Virus record (IMG/VR): IMGVR_UViG_3300036790_000425
Span: 1-64,000 of that record
From: a virus
Direction: 5' to 3' (one strand)
Length of the DNA stretch: 64,000 nt
In this document: positions 54,801 to 62,194 of the stretch, piece after piece
Numbering within the stretch: the stretch's first letter is position 1
Layout: every line of letters starts with the position of its first letter
The notes under the pieces: generated by a model
Databases searched by the model: none
Told to the model about the DNA's origin: nothing
Seen by the model: only the letters and a program-made list of their open reading frames with translations
Program-made: the position numbers and the translations under genes

Positions 54801-56628
54801 AGGCGTGCCACTTGTCGTCCGGGTGATAGTCGATCTCCAGGGTGTGACCGCGCACGCCCGTCTCGCCCTGGTGGCGCCAGCGCTCATCCGGGGCAGCCGA
54901 GGCCCGGGTGTAGCCGCCGCGTGACTGGAGGTACCCGTTGTGCTGGGCGTCATCCCATTCACCCGGATCAGCAACCCGGTAGAGCTTGCTGACCGGCTTG
55001 CCGCTCAGAGTCAGGCCGCCCTCCGGATGCTGCTCGATCCGGCCGCCGTATAGCTCCCCGGGCGAGGGGAGGATGCTCCCGGGCCGGGGCAGCGCAGGCC
55101 CTGAGAGCGCCCGGGAGAGACGCTCCTCGGACTCCCTCCTCTGGCTGTCGTCAGCGGCTGCTGCGACGTGCTCACCGCTCTCGGCCTCGAAGTGCGCCAC
55201 GACGGCCGCCTGATGCTCGCCGCTGACGAAGTGCTCCGGCTTCAGGTCCGAGGCGCGGACGGTGTAGAACTTCTCCGTGCCGCCGCCGAACGAGTCGTTC
55301 TCGGTGGCCAGGTGCCGGGGCACCCGGACATGCACGGCCTCCGGACCGTAGCCGCCGCCGTAGAAGCCGTGCGGGACGTCCGAGAAGAACACCGGGCCCT
55401 GCTTGCCGTGCTGGTCGATCATCCGGCGCTGGCTGCGGATCGCGGCGGCGTTCTCCGGCGTGGTGTGGTGGTACAGGTCCACCTGATCAGCGGCACCCTC
55501 GTGGCGCGTCGGCTCATCATCGTCGTCGCGGTGCATCTCCTGGCACTCCGGGCAGTTGCGGGGCTGGTCGCTCTCGCGCGAGGTGTCGGCCACCACGCCC
55601 TCCATCGAGGACTTGCCCGTCAGCCGGGCCCGGGCATACCGGTGGTGGCCGTCAAGCAGGTAGGTCCTGCCCTCATGGCGGACGAACCGGGCCGGCTCCT
55701 CGTCGTAGGGGCGCCCCGTCTCGTGCTCGTAGCGGTCCACGAGCTGCTTATCGTGCATCGTGTCGGCGTGCACGAAGGGCTGGTGAACGTGGATCTGCTG
55801 CCTCAGCGAGACGCGCTCAGGAGCCATGTGACGCCAGTGGTCCTCCTGCTGGTCCAGGTCGTCCGGCCAGCCGTGGTGCTCCAGCCGGGGGATCTCGTGC
55901 GGCTCGACGTGCGGGCCCCAGGAGTGCGGGAAGTGCACCACGCCGTTCTCGTCAGCGCGGCGGTTCACCCAGTCGCTGATCCGGTCCTCGCGGCGCTCCC
56001 GGGCGGCAGGGGAGGCAGTCTCGTAGCCAGCCCCGAAATGGTCCATGAGACCGCCGGTCACCTCGCGGATCACCCGGAGCGGGTGCTCGCTGTAGTGGCT
56101 CCGGGGATTCCACCGGTCCGGCTTGTGCTCGCCGGTCGGCTCGACCTCGAACACCCGGGCGTGCTCCGGCGGCCTGCCCTGCTCGCGCGCCGCCTGGCTG
56201 GCAACGTCCCGGGCCCAGCCCGGGCTCTCAGTGAAGAAGGTCTCCTCGCTCGGGCCCTCCCAGCCGCGGTCCAGGGCGCGGGGCATCCCCGTGGTCACCA
56301 TGTCGTCAGGCTGGAACGGGTGCGTGGTGCCGTGATAGAAACGCGGCCCGGTACCGGCCTCGAAATGCTCCAGGACGCCGGAGCGCCAGTGCTTGCGGCG
56401 GGGCTGGGGCTGGCCGGGGCAGTGCGGGTCGCGGGCGCCCTTATCGGTGGTGCCGGTGCCGCCGCAGCGCCCGCAGGACGAGCCGTCGCCGTGCTCGCCC
56501 GTGCCGCCGCAGCAGGAGCAGGACTCCTGGCCCCGGCCGGGGCGGGCGGCGGCGCTCATGCCCCTTACATTAGCAAGGTTTCCTGTAACAGGCGAGAGCG
56601 GAGCGAAGTGCGCCAGCAGCGGGTCCAT
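51874..56628 (-). CDS. 1584-aa polyvalent protein: about 7 ADP-ribosyltransferase-like domains (two Arr-like), ParB-like domain, HExxH peptidase, Zn fingers
   Basis: FYHGT, LYHHT, LYRV, LWRGE..EAE, LWHYT, YYHGT, LYHGA; LLDGHHR; HELAH; AGGAGG RBS. Confidence 0.85.
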   Translation of the reverse strand: MDPLLAHFAPLSPVTGNLANVRGMSAAARPGRGQESCSCCGGTGEHGDGSSCGRCGGTGTTDKGARDPHCPGQPQPRRKHWRSGVLEHFEAGTGPRFYHGTTHPFQPDDMVTTGMPRALDRGWEGPSEETFFTESPGWARDVASQAAREQGRPPEHARVFEVEPTGEHKPDRWNPRSHYSEHPLRVIREVTGGLMDHFGAGYETASPAARERREDRISDWVNRRADENGVVHFPHSWGPHVEPHEIPRLEHHGWPDDLDQQEDHWRHMAPERVSLRQQIHVHQPFVHADTMHDKQLVDRYEHETGRPYDEEPARFVRHEGRTYLLDGHHRYARARLTGKSSMEGVVADTSRESDQPRNCPECQEMHRDDDDEPTRHEGAADQVDLYHHTTPENAAAIRSQRRMIDQHGKQGPVFFSDVPHGFYGGGYGPEAVHVRVPRHLATENDSFGGGTEKFYTVRASDLKPEHFVSGEHQAAVVAHFEAESGEHVAAAADDSQRRESEERLSRALSGPALPRPGSILPSPGELYGGRIEQHPEGGLTLSGKPVSKLYRVADPGEWDDAQHNGYLQSRGGYTRASAAPDERWRHQGETGVRGHTLEIDYHPDDKWHASAEGYAATRSQIPLPRVRRTAVADHVAAEPNRAVHAAVEAKVSQEHPHLGQAPEDRTGTLRKMLGQASFFMPREDIDSAVAPEHGSIHELAHHAAHVMTDKRQALEEARPRESWDRHPRPSDKDPDERRHGRGFTWHYALALDGAGHEDAAALARRHYTDAKIQVANDRHGRGLSRDFPGSGLSPHRPPDLSHLPPMIDSQREGLAAADDRDYSRKMLDVASRPEPGLRLWRGERRPAGEDISGTRSLGMHWSAKPEGVITGPERGGPSTRPVVWQSRLEHPESQAISRSHPMWRGRHESLPSEAEVRLHPGSSVHVEGAWVGEPGKEGTVHPLHPEHNPPGWTWHPVDRHVPVSHRPGQHGTVNYTDVGIPKEGALHSRDELPADPGTAEIPAGRVRLWHYTPLDNVDSIRQHGLQRSRARGDAGDHNLDDPSAGVWASTKRPDDILDDHSGHAAVVEYHAHPDEISGNAESPWHARNKDGSYDQGKLREWGEGHHHVIMRGDVHPRQMLAVHEPWHGSARYMRDDRNGPESYSWVNDETDSVYEPYRKGLRALEKQKRTAALEPAVPHEDAACPDCGSRRFRPPGPGDHGEGGGRSPAVCQHCYGMFDASEGEHDRNFRRDMDALDRGKRGEPARGPYYHGTNDSGDPDQITPQGSGRRNFPQDHDGTHAFATADPGSAWDYAERAAEAHGGRPRVFEVTPHADDVEKDPTHDEGGNSRRVNPGDVRSRTGFGVHREMPVPEHIESRYDEEDEGWGDHEAALGQPADPYVLYHGAHHDDTAGIQSGGLRPAQSPDQPTVTTSRDGAALIAGQRDWTSPRVVEIHVPRDQVSRYLSEPREATEGTVHALREPLPASFIHQVHEAAAAASLPEKAQPVSVARALRDMPMRIASYQPQSAEDVVSMLHEVPGALRIVSAALGTLAARCEHLPLAESMPDLLRQMSGHLAGTADEAAEILRSTEGAWTEPERKALTA
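56567..56595 (-). promoter_or_regulatory. Intragenic promoter with 17-bp element (orientation A); in-frame ATG 56559 lies 7 nt after the -10
   Basis: GTTACAGGAAACCTTGC-TAATGT-AAGGGGC-ATG. Confidence 0.7.
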
Positions 56629-56658
56629 GAGTTGCCTCCTGAACCTTCTGCGGGCAGC

Positions 56659-56688
56659 AAAAGGGCCGGGGAGGGCTACTCCCCGGCC
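56659..56688 (-). terminator. Intrinsic terminator
   Basis: GGCCGGGGAG-tagcc-CTCCCCGGCC-CTTTT. Confidence 0.8.
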
Positions 56689-56705
56689 TCATCCCGGTCA
56701 GGCGG

Positions 56706-56900
56706 TCAGGCGGCGGCGCGGTACTGCTGGCACGGGCCGCCGTCGGCGCCGCGGTGGCACGCGAAGGCCAGGCACTCGGTCTGGCCGTTGCTGTGCAGCG
56801 CGAAGGGGTGGCCGCAGTGGCCGCATGCACCGGATGCGTGCGGGTGCGGGCGGGCGGCGATCCGTCCCGGCAGGGTCGCCACGGCGGATTCCTGGGTCAT
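56706..56900 (-). CDS. Small Cys/His protein
   Basis: GAAAGAGG RBS; CGHCGH..H...C...C...C. Confidence 0.65.
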   Translation of the reverse strand: MTQESAVATLPGRIAARPHPHASGACGHCGHPFALHSNGQTECLAFACHRGADGGPCQQYRAAA

Positions 56901-56964
56901 CGCTGGCCTCTTTCATATATCAGCTTCATTGATAAGTGCTCTCTTATTGTCCAACCACCGTCAA

Positions 56965-59091
56965 TCATGATCTATGCCGGCGGGCCGCCGCCAGCCCGGC
57001 CCGGCCGCCGGGAGAGCGCCCGGTCATCCCTGACATACCTACCCTGGCTGCCGGTCTCACACCCCGGGCCAGGCCGCCCCGCCCGTTCATGCTGCCGAGT
57101 GAGGAGGCATAGGGATTGCCCTGGTCAGGGCTGAAGCGGTCCAGCGGGTCGGTGCCGCCCACCATGCCGCCGCGGGGCCGCTGGTTCTTCAGGTCCTTGG
57201 CCAGGTAGGCCTTCATCTGCTCGCCCAGCAGCCGGGCCGTGGTGATCGCGATGCAGTCCGCGATGTCCTTGGTCTGCACCGGGCCGGAGGTAGCCGGCAG
57301 CACCTTGGACTGGCCCTCGGGCTTCTGGAGGAACCGCAGCTCGTCCTTGGCCTCGCCGTGCGGCGGGCAGTGCACGAACTCCATGTTCAGCGCGGCCTTG
57401 AACGTCTCCCAGGTGGACCAGTTCAGCGCCGCGGTGGCGGTGCGCTCGTAGACCACGATGTTCTTCTGGAGCCGGGCGCCCCGGACGCGCTTCTGGAGTG
57501 CCTGGACGCTGGCCACGGAGTTGAACTGGTCGAAGGTCAGCTCATCCGGCTGGAACCTCTCGATCACGTTATCGAAGATCCAGTCCCCGACCTCGTCATA
57601 GTCGATGATGTGATCGGGAAAGTCCGCCGGGTCCCAGTAGTGGATCAGGTCGAACACGGCATGGTCCAGGCCGTCGGGGCCCGGCTCGGTGTGCGCGACC
57701 GCGAAGCCGAACCGGCAGTTCACCGCCGACGGGTCGCCGTGCGCGGTGTAGGTGATGTAGAGCGGCCCCCTGGTCTGCATGACCAGATCGGGCCGGCCGT
57801 ACTGCGGGTCCCGGTCCTGCCACGGCTCGAACATCCGGTCAATGCGCGAGGTGTTCAGGTAGGCGTCCATCGCGGTCGCCCAGTCCGAGCGGCGCTCTAC
57901 GGCAAAGGTGTCCGGGTTGGCCTTCTCCTCGCGCGCCATCTCCTCGTCCAGGGCCTGGATGGCGCCCTTCAGCGGGGCCAGCACCGGCAGTGCCTCGGGC
58001 TCGTACTCGCCCAGGTCACCCCGGTAGCCAGGCGGGAACAGCGGCAGCCGGCTGGCCAGCTCCCAGTCCTCGTAGATGGCCCAGGACTCCAGCTGCACCA
58101 TGAACTTGGTCGGGTAGGCCGGCATCACCTCGCCGGGCTCGGGGCCGGGCTCGGACTGGAGCGACAGCTCCCACAGCTCGTAGAACTTGCCGATCATCTC
58201 CCAGGTGCTGGAGGGCAGCACGATGAAGCCGTCGGTGCCGAACTGGTCCAGCGACGGCTTGGCCGCGCCGTAGATAACCCCGAACTCCCGGGTCACCCCG
58301 GCGTTCTTGACGTGCGCCGCCTCGTCGAAGGCCAGGATGCAGCCGGCCGGGCCGCGCGGGGCCAGCGGCGTGGACTCCCGGGGCAGCACCCGGAAGGTAG
58401 CCATGTCCCGGGTGGAAGACAGGCCGCGGGCCGCCAGCTTGTGCATCCGGACGAAATCATAGGGCGCGTACAGCGTCAGCGACTCGGCCTGCGGCTCGGA
58501 GATGAACGGCGTGAAGCAGGGCGCGGTGGTGATCACCGAGTAGAGATCGCCCCAGAGGTTCTCCTTGGCCTGCTCCTTCTTGCCGGCGAACACCGCGATC
58601 GCCAGCGGCTTCTCCTGGTCGATCCCGTAGTACTCCTGGGGATTGCCCTTGGCGATGTAGTGCCACAGCACGTAGCTCATGGCCAGCGCGGACAGGTAGC
58701 CCTTCGAGCCGCGGCGGCCGATCGCGATGATCAGCTCGGGGAACCACTTGTAGCCGCGCTTCTTCAGGTAGGCGATCCGCTCGAACAGGTCCGGCTGGAG
58801 GCCCTTGGTCCGGGCCGAGAACTTGTTGTCGCCGGCGTCGGGGTTAGTCTCGGTGAACCGGCGCTGCCACTCCGCGATGACCTTGCGGTCGTAGTCGGTG
58901 AACAGGTCATCGCGCAGGAAGATGATCTTCAGCAGAGTGGCCTGGCGCGGGTACAGATTGGGCTTTCCGCACCAGTCCTCACTTATTACGAAAGTGATGG
59001 GGTCTGGCACAGGAGGGCCGTCATACCAGGACAAAACGTCCAGCGGTCCGGCTGTGCCGGTGTCGGGGGCCTGCCAGCGGCTGATCGCCAT
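56965..59091 (-). CDS. terL: Terminase large subunit
   Basis: YPRQ adenine-binding motif, GRRGSKG Walker A, LAFDEAAH Walker B, nuclease acids GDPS / FDQFNS / KDIAD. Confidence 0.93.
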   Translation of the reverse strand: MAISRWQAPDTGTAGPLDVLSWYDGPPVPDPITFVISEDWCGKPNLYPRQATLLKIIFLRDDLFTDYDRKVIAEWQRRFTETNPDAGDNKFSARTKGLQPDLFERIAYLKKRGYKWFPELIIAIGRRGSKGYLSALAMSYVLWHYIAKGNPQEYYGIDQEKPLAIAVFAGKKEQAKENLWGDLYSVITTAPCFTPFISEPQAESLTLYAPYDFVRMHKLAARGLSSTRDMATFRVLPRESTPLAPRGPAGCILAFDEAAHVKNAGVTREFGVIYGAAKPSLDQFGTDGFIVLPSSTWEMIGKFYELWELSLQSEPGPEPGEVMPAYPTKFMVQLESWAIYEDWELASRLPLFPPGYRGDLGEYEPEALPVLAPLKGAIQALDEEMAREEKANPDTFAVERRSDWATAMDAYLNTSRIDRMFEPWQDRDPQYGRPDLVMQTRGPLYITYTAHGDPSAVNCRFGFAVAHTEPGPDGLDHAVFDLIHYWDPADFPDHIIDYDEVGDWIFDNVIERFQPDELTFDQFNSVASVQALQKRVRGARLQKNIVVYERTATAALNWSTWETFKAALNMEFVHCPPHGEAKDELRFLQKPEGQSKVLPATSGPVQTKDIADCIAITTARLLGEQMKAYLAKDLKNQRPRGGMVGGTDPLDRFSPDQGNPYASSLGSMNGRGGLARGVRPAARVGMSGMTGRSPGGRAGLAAARRHRS

Positions 59092-59112
59092 CAGGAATCA
59101 GCCCGCCCGGGG

Positions 59113-59589
59113 CTAGCCGGCATTCAGGTCGCCCCGGAAGCTCGTCCGCCGGTCTTCCCGGGTACTCAGCTCGCGCACCAGGTAGGGATCGTTCCCCGGG
59201 CCGTGGCTGGGCGCGTAAGGACGCTCCCCGCTGATCACGAAGTCCTCCATGCGCTCGTGCGTGTCCACGTCACCGAGCCGGTCGAACAGCCATCGCCGCC
59301 AGGAGCGCTCGTCATAGGTGGCCGCTGGCACCGGGAAGAAGTGGCTGACCGCTATCACCTGATCCGGGTGATAGGAATCCGGCCCGCATCGCTGCACGAT
59401 CAGCGTCATGCCGCGGGACTCGCCCGCGTGACGGCCGGGCTTATCCCGCTGACAGTCGTTGTCCAGCCAGACGCGCCAGCCCTGCTGCTCCCGGTACCTG
59501 AGGTCTCTCACCAGGGCGGCCAGGGCGGCCGGGTACGGAGCAACCTGGCGCATCACGCCATCAGCAGTGGTGTCCTCGGGAGTACTCAC
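59113..59589 (-). CDS. Actinophage-type hypothetical protein
   Basis: HFFPVPAATY...WRRWLFD...HERME. Confidence 0.7.
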   Translation of the reverse strand: MSTPEDTTADGVMRQVAPYPAALAALVRDLRYREQQGWRVWLDNDCQRDKPGRHAGESRGMTLIVQRCGPDSYHPDQVIAVSHFFPVPAATYDERSWRRWLFDRLGDVDTHERMEDFVISGERPYAPSHGPGNDPYLVRELSTREDRRTSFRGDLNAG

Positions 59590-59765
59590 ACATCTTCCGG
59601 GCCCGCGTCCAGGACCAGGACCACCCGGCCGGCCTTCAGCTCGACCGCCGCCCGGTCCAGCCGGCAGAAGCGCCCGTCGAACCGCAGGAGCACCTCCTGA
59701 ACATGCACGGGCTGGCTCAGGAAGGCCTCCCGGGCGATCACCTCGGCCAGCTCATCCGGGGCCAC
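59586..59765 (-). CDS. 59-aa hypothetical protein
   Basis: GGAGGAG RBS; GTGA coupling. Confidence 0.55.
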   Translation of the reverse strand: MAPDELAEVIAREAFLSQPVHVQEVLLRFDGRFCRLDRAAVELKAGRVVLVLDAGPEDV

Positions 59766-60423
59766 GGGTCTCCTCCCGGGGCTTCCACGGCTCGAAGTCG
59801 CCTACCGTGCCCGCGGCGGAGAAGTGCAGCCGCAGGCCGCAGGCCTCGAAGATCGCCTCCCGGGTGCTCTCATCCACGGCCGGGTCATTGAGGTGCACGC
59901 TGTAGAGCTTCGCGTGCAGGGTGCCCCTGGTGCCGAAGCCCATCCAGGAGTCCCGCTCGCCCTGCTCCAGGGCCATGCCGTCGTCAGTGACGATCGCCAG
60001 CAGCTCGGGCGTCAGGTCACGGGTCCGGTACCAGTCCATCCCCATCTCGCGCGGGACCGGCTCGCGCCCGCTGATCCGGGACAGGCAGTGCAGCATGCCC
60101 GGGTGAGCCGACCGCAGGCTCTCCACGTACATCTTGTGCGGCCAGCCGTACTTCCAGTCGGCCCAGCTCAGCCACCAGCCGCCGGGGTCGAAGTTGTGCA
60201 TCCGCTGGGCGTCGCGCTGGCCGCCCAGGCAGTCTTCCCAGTTCCGCGCGCCGCAGTCCGTGCACGACCCGGTGCCGCGCGGAGTGGCCAGCAGGTCCCG
60301 CGGGTGGATCGAGCCGCACCAGGAGCACGTCCGGAAATGCTCGCCGCGGCGTGCGCCGCTCCACGCCCAGCCGCAGGCGGCAAGCGGATCCTGGCCGTGC
60401 ACCAGGTCAGTGGCCGTGCCCAT
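59752..60423 (-). CDS. Hypothetical protein
   Basis: CSWCGSIHP, WADWKYGWPHK. Confidence 0.7.
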   Translation of the reverse strand: MGTATDLVHGQDPLAACGWAWSGARRGEHFRTCSWCGSIHPRDLLATPRGTGSCTDCGARNWEDCLGGQRDAQRMHNFDPGGWWLSWADWKYGWPHKMYVESLRSAHPGMLHCLSRISGREPVPREMGMDWYRTRDLTPELLAIVTDDGMALEQGERDSWMGFGTRGTLHAKLYSVHLNDPAVDESTREAIFEACGLRLHFSAAGTVGDFEPWKPREETRGPG

Positions 60424-60799
60424 GTCCCTGGCCGTTCCGGGAGCTGCGGAGAGTGCCCGGGTCAGTCTTGATCCAGCCGTCCTCGCCCGGCAGCCCGAGG
60501 ACGTTGTGCACGGCCTCGTGCACCTGGCGGTCCGGGTCGAAGGTGAAGCCCGGGTCGGTGCGGCCGGTGATGGTGATCTCCGGCATGGCCGCGCCCTCCT
60601 CCTCGACTGCCGTGCCGTCGGGGCGCTCGTAGCCGAACCGGTACCAGTTCACGTTCACGGTGAGGCCGATCTCCGCGAACTGGTCGCGGGCCCGGCGCTC
60701 GAAGGCGGCATAGTTGAGGCGCTTATCCTGCGCCAGGGCGTTCAGGCTGTGCGTGAGCCCGATGATCTTGTCTACCTCGGCGTCATACAGGTCAAGCAC
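60407..60799 (-). CDS. Hypothetical protein of the packaging module
   Basis: Coupled; natural composition. Confidence 0.7.
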   Translation of the reverse strand: MLDLYDAEVDKIIGLTHSLNALAQDKRLNYAAFERRARDQFAEIGLTVNVNWYRFGYERPDGTAVEEEGAAMPEITITGRTDPGFTFDPDRQVHEAVHNVLGLPGEDGWIKTDPGTLRSSRNGQGHGHGH

Positions 60800-61418
60800 T
60801 GCTCCGCTCCCCTCCGGGCAGCGCGGGCGCGGCGTCGGCCAGCACGCCCCGGATGACCGGGGAGGCGTAGACCTCGCTCACGAACTCGCTCCACTGCTCC
60901 GGCTTCATGATCCGCCGGCTGATCTCGAAGAACTCGATCATCGCGGCCTGCCACTGTGATGCCTCTACTCCTTCCGAAGCCCGGCTCCTGTCGAGCTGCA
61001 TCTGGAGCTGGATGGCCCGGGTCAGGTCGCGGGCCTGAAGGTCCAGCTCGCCGTGCACGAGGGCCTGCTGACCCTGGCGGATCAGCTCGTTCAGGGCATC
61101 GCTGGCCGTGGCGCCGGACGTGGTGGTGTCGTCGCCGCGGGCCTCGGCCGCCTCCTCGAACGTTAGCCGGGCCTTGCGGTGCGGCTCAGCGAGATGCCGG
61201 ATGTGCGAGCGCAGGATCGGCTCGTTCGGCACCGCGGGCCGCAGGCCGGCCAGGTGCTTGCGGATGGTGCGCAGCGCGTAGCCCTCAGCCAGCATGCCGT
61301 CGATCTGGGCCAGCCACGGCGACCGGCAGGCGCCGCAGTCGCGGTCCCAGGGCTTGTCGTAGGCCTGGCCGCCGATCACCACCCGGCGGGTGGCGAGGCT
61401 GTTACTCCTCAGAGTCAT
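60792..61418 (-). CDS. Probable terminase small subunit (HTH plus helical region)
   Basis: CGACRSP...IDGMLAEGY..RTIRKHL...H; upstream of TerL. Confidence 0.5.
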   Translation of the reverse strand: MTLRSNSLATRRVVIGGQAYDKPWDRDCGACRSPWLAQIDGMLAEGYALRTIRKHLAGLRPAVPNEPILRSHIRHLAEPHRKARLTFEEAAEARGDDTTTSGATASDALNELIRQGQQALVHGELDLQARDLTRAIQLQMQLDRSRASEGVEASQWQAAMIEFFEISRRIMKPEQWSEFVSEVYASPVIRGVLADAAPALPGGERSSA

Positions 61419-61737
61419 GTCCGTCGTCGCCCGTCCAGGTGTCCAGGCCGTCCTGGGCGCGGCGCACGGGATAGTGGCCGTCCCGGCTGTTCAGGTGCGG
61501 GTAGCGGCTGTTCCAGGCACGGCTGAACATGCCCCGGCGCACGGCCGGGTCCGCGGTGCCGATGCTGGAGTAGACCTCATGATCCCAGCGATCCTGCTGC
61601 TTCCAGGGAGTCAGGATGTCGGACTTGGCCTCCCTGCTGGTGACCCCGGCGAGAGACAGCCGGATCAGCTCGTCCGCCTGGGCCTCCAGCTCCGCGCACC
61701 TCCCGTGCCTCAGCCTCATCTGACCGCTCGCCGGCAT
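61402..61737 (-). CDS. Hypothetical protein
   Basis: GGAGGAGG RBS. Confidence 0.65.
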   Translation of the reverse strand: MPASGQMRLRHGRCAELEAQADELIRLSLAGVTSREAKSDILTPWKQQDRWDHEVYSSIGTADPAVRRGMFSRAWNSRYPHLNSRDGHYPVRRAQDGLDTWTGDDGHDSEE

Positions 61738-62128
61738 GAACCCTCCTCCACAGTGATGACTCCCACTCGGCCGCCAGGATCTTCAGGCCCTGGGTGGCGT
61801 AGATGGCCACGGGAGTGTCGGCGCCCAGCCCCATCTCCCGGGCGGCATCCTGCTCGCGCATGTCGCGGTACAGGAACAGCTCGATCGCCCGCGCCCGGAG
61901 CGGCGCCAGCAGCCCCAGGCGCATGTCGTAAAGGCGGCGAAGATCAAAGACCGTGTAGACCGTCCCGTCTGGCCCGGTAATAGTGTCTATGCCCTCAGTC
62001 TCGAAAAGGGCCTCGAAACTCTGGAGATGCCGGAATAGCTCTCTCAGATCACGGTGGTCTACAGCGCACCCCCAGAAACGGCCCGGGAAAAACCAGGGCG
62101 GCGGCTTTCTGTCGGGATGATAGAGCAT
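61577..62128 (-). CDS. Sigma-70 region-4-like HTH transcription factor (start uncertain)
   Basis: LAPLRARAIELFLYRDMREQDAAREMGL...YATQGLKIL. Confidence 0.7.
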   Translation of the reverse strand: MLYHPDRKPPPWFFPGRFWGCAVDHRDLRELFRHLQSFEALFETEGIDTITGPDGTVYTVFDLRRLYDMRLGLLAPLRARAIELFLYRDMREQDAAREMGLGADTPVAIYATQGLKILAAEWESSLWRRVHAGERSDEAEAREVRGAGGPGGRADPAVSRRGHQQGGQVRHPDSLEAAGSLGS

Positions 62129-62194
62129 GGAAGGGAGGGAACGGGAAGCACGCCCCGCAGCAATCTGCCGCAGGGCGTGCCAAGGAACCCGGTT

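Noticed and set aside
52580-56345. Arr-like domains as rifampicin resistance genes
   Set aside because: Only fold-level motifs are recognisable; substrate cannot be inferred and the context is a phage polyprotein
5410-56595. Repeated 17-30 bp motif as a CRISPR or other guide array
   Set aside because: Copies are hundreds to thousands of bases apart, separated by whole genes, and sit in promoter register
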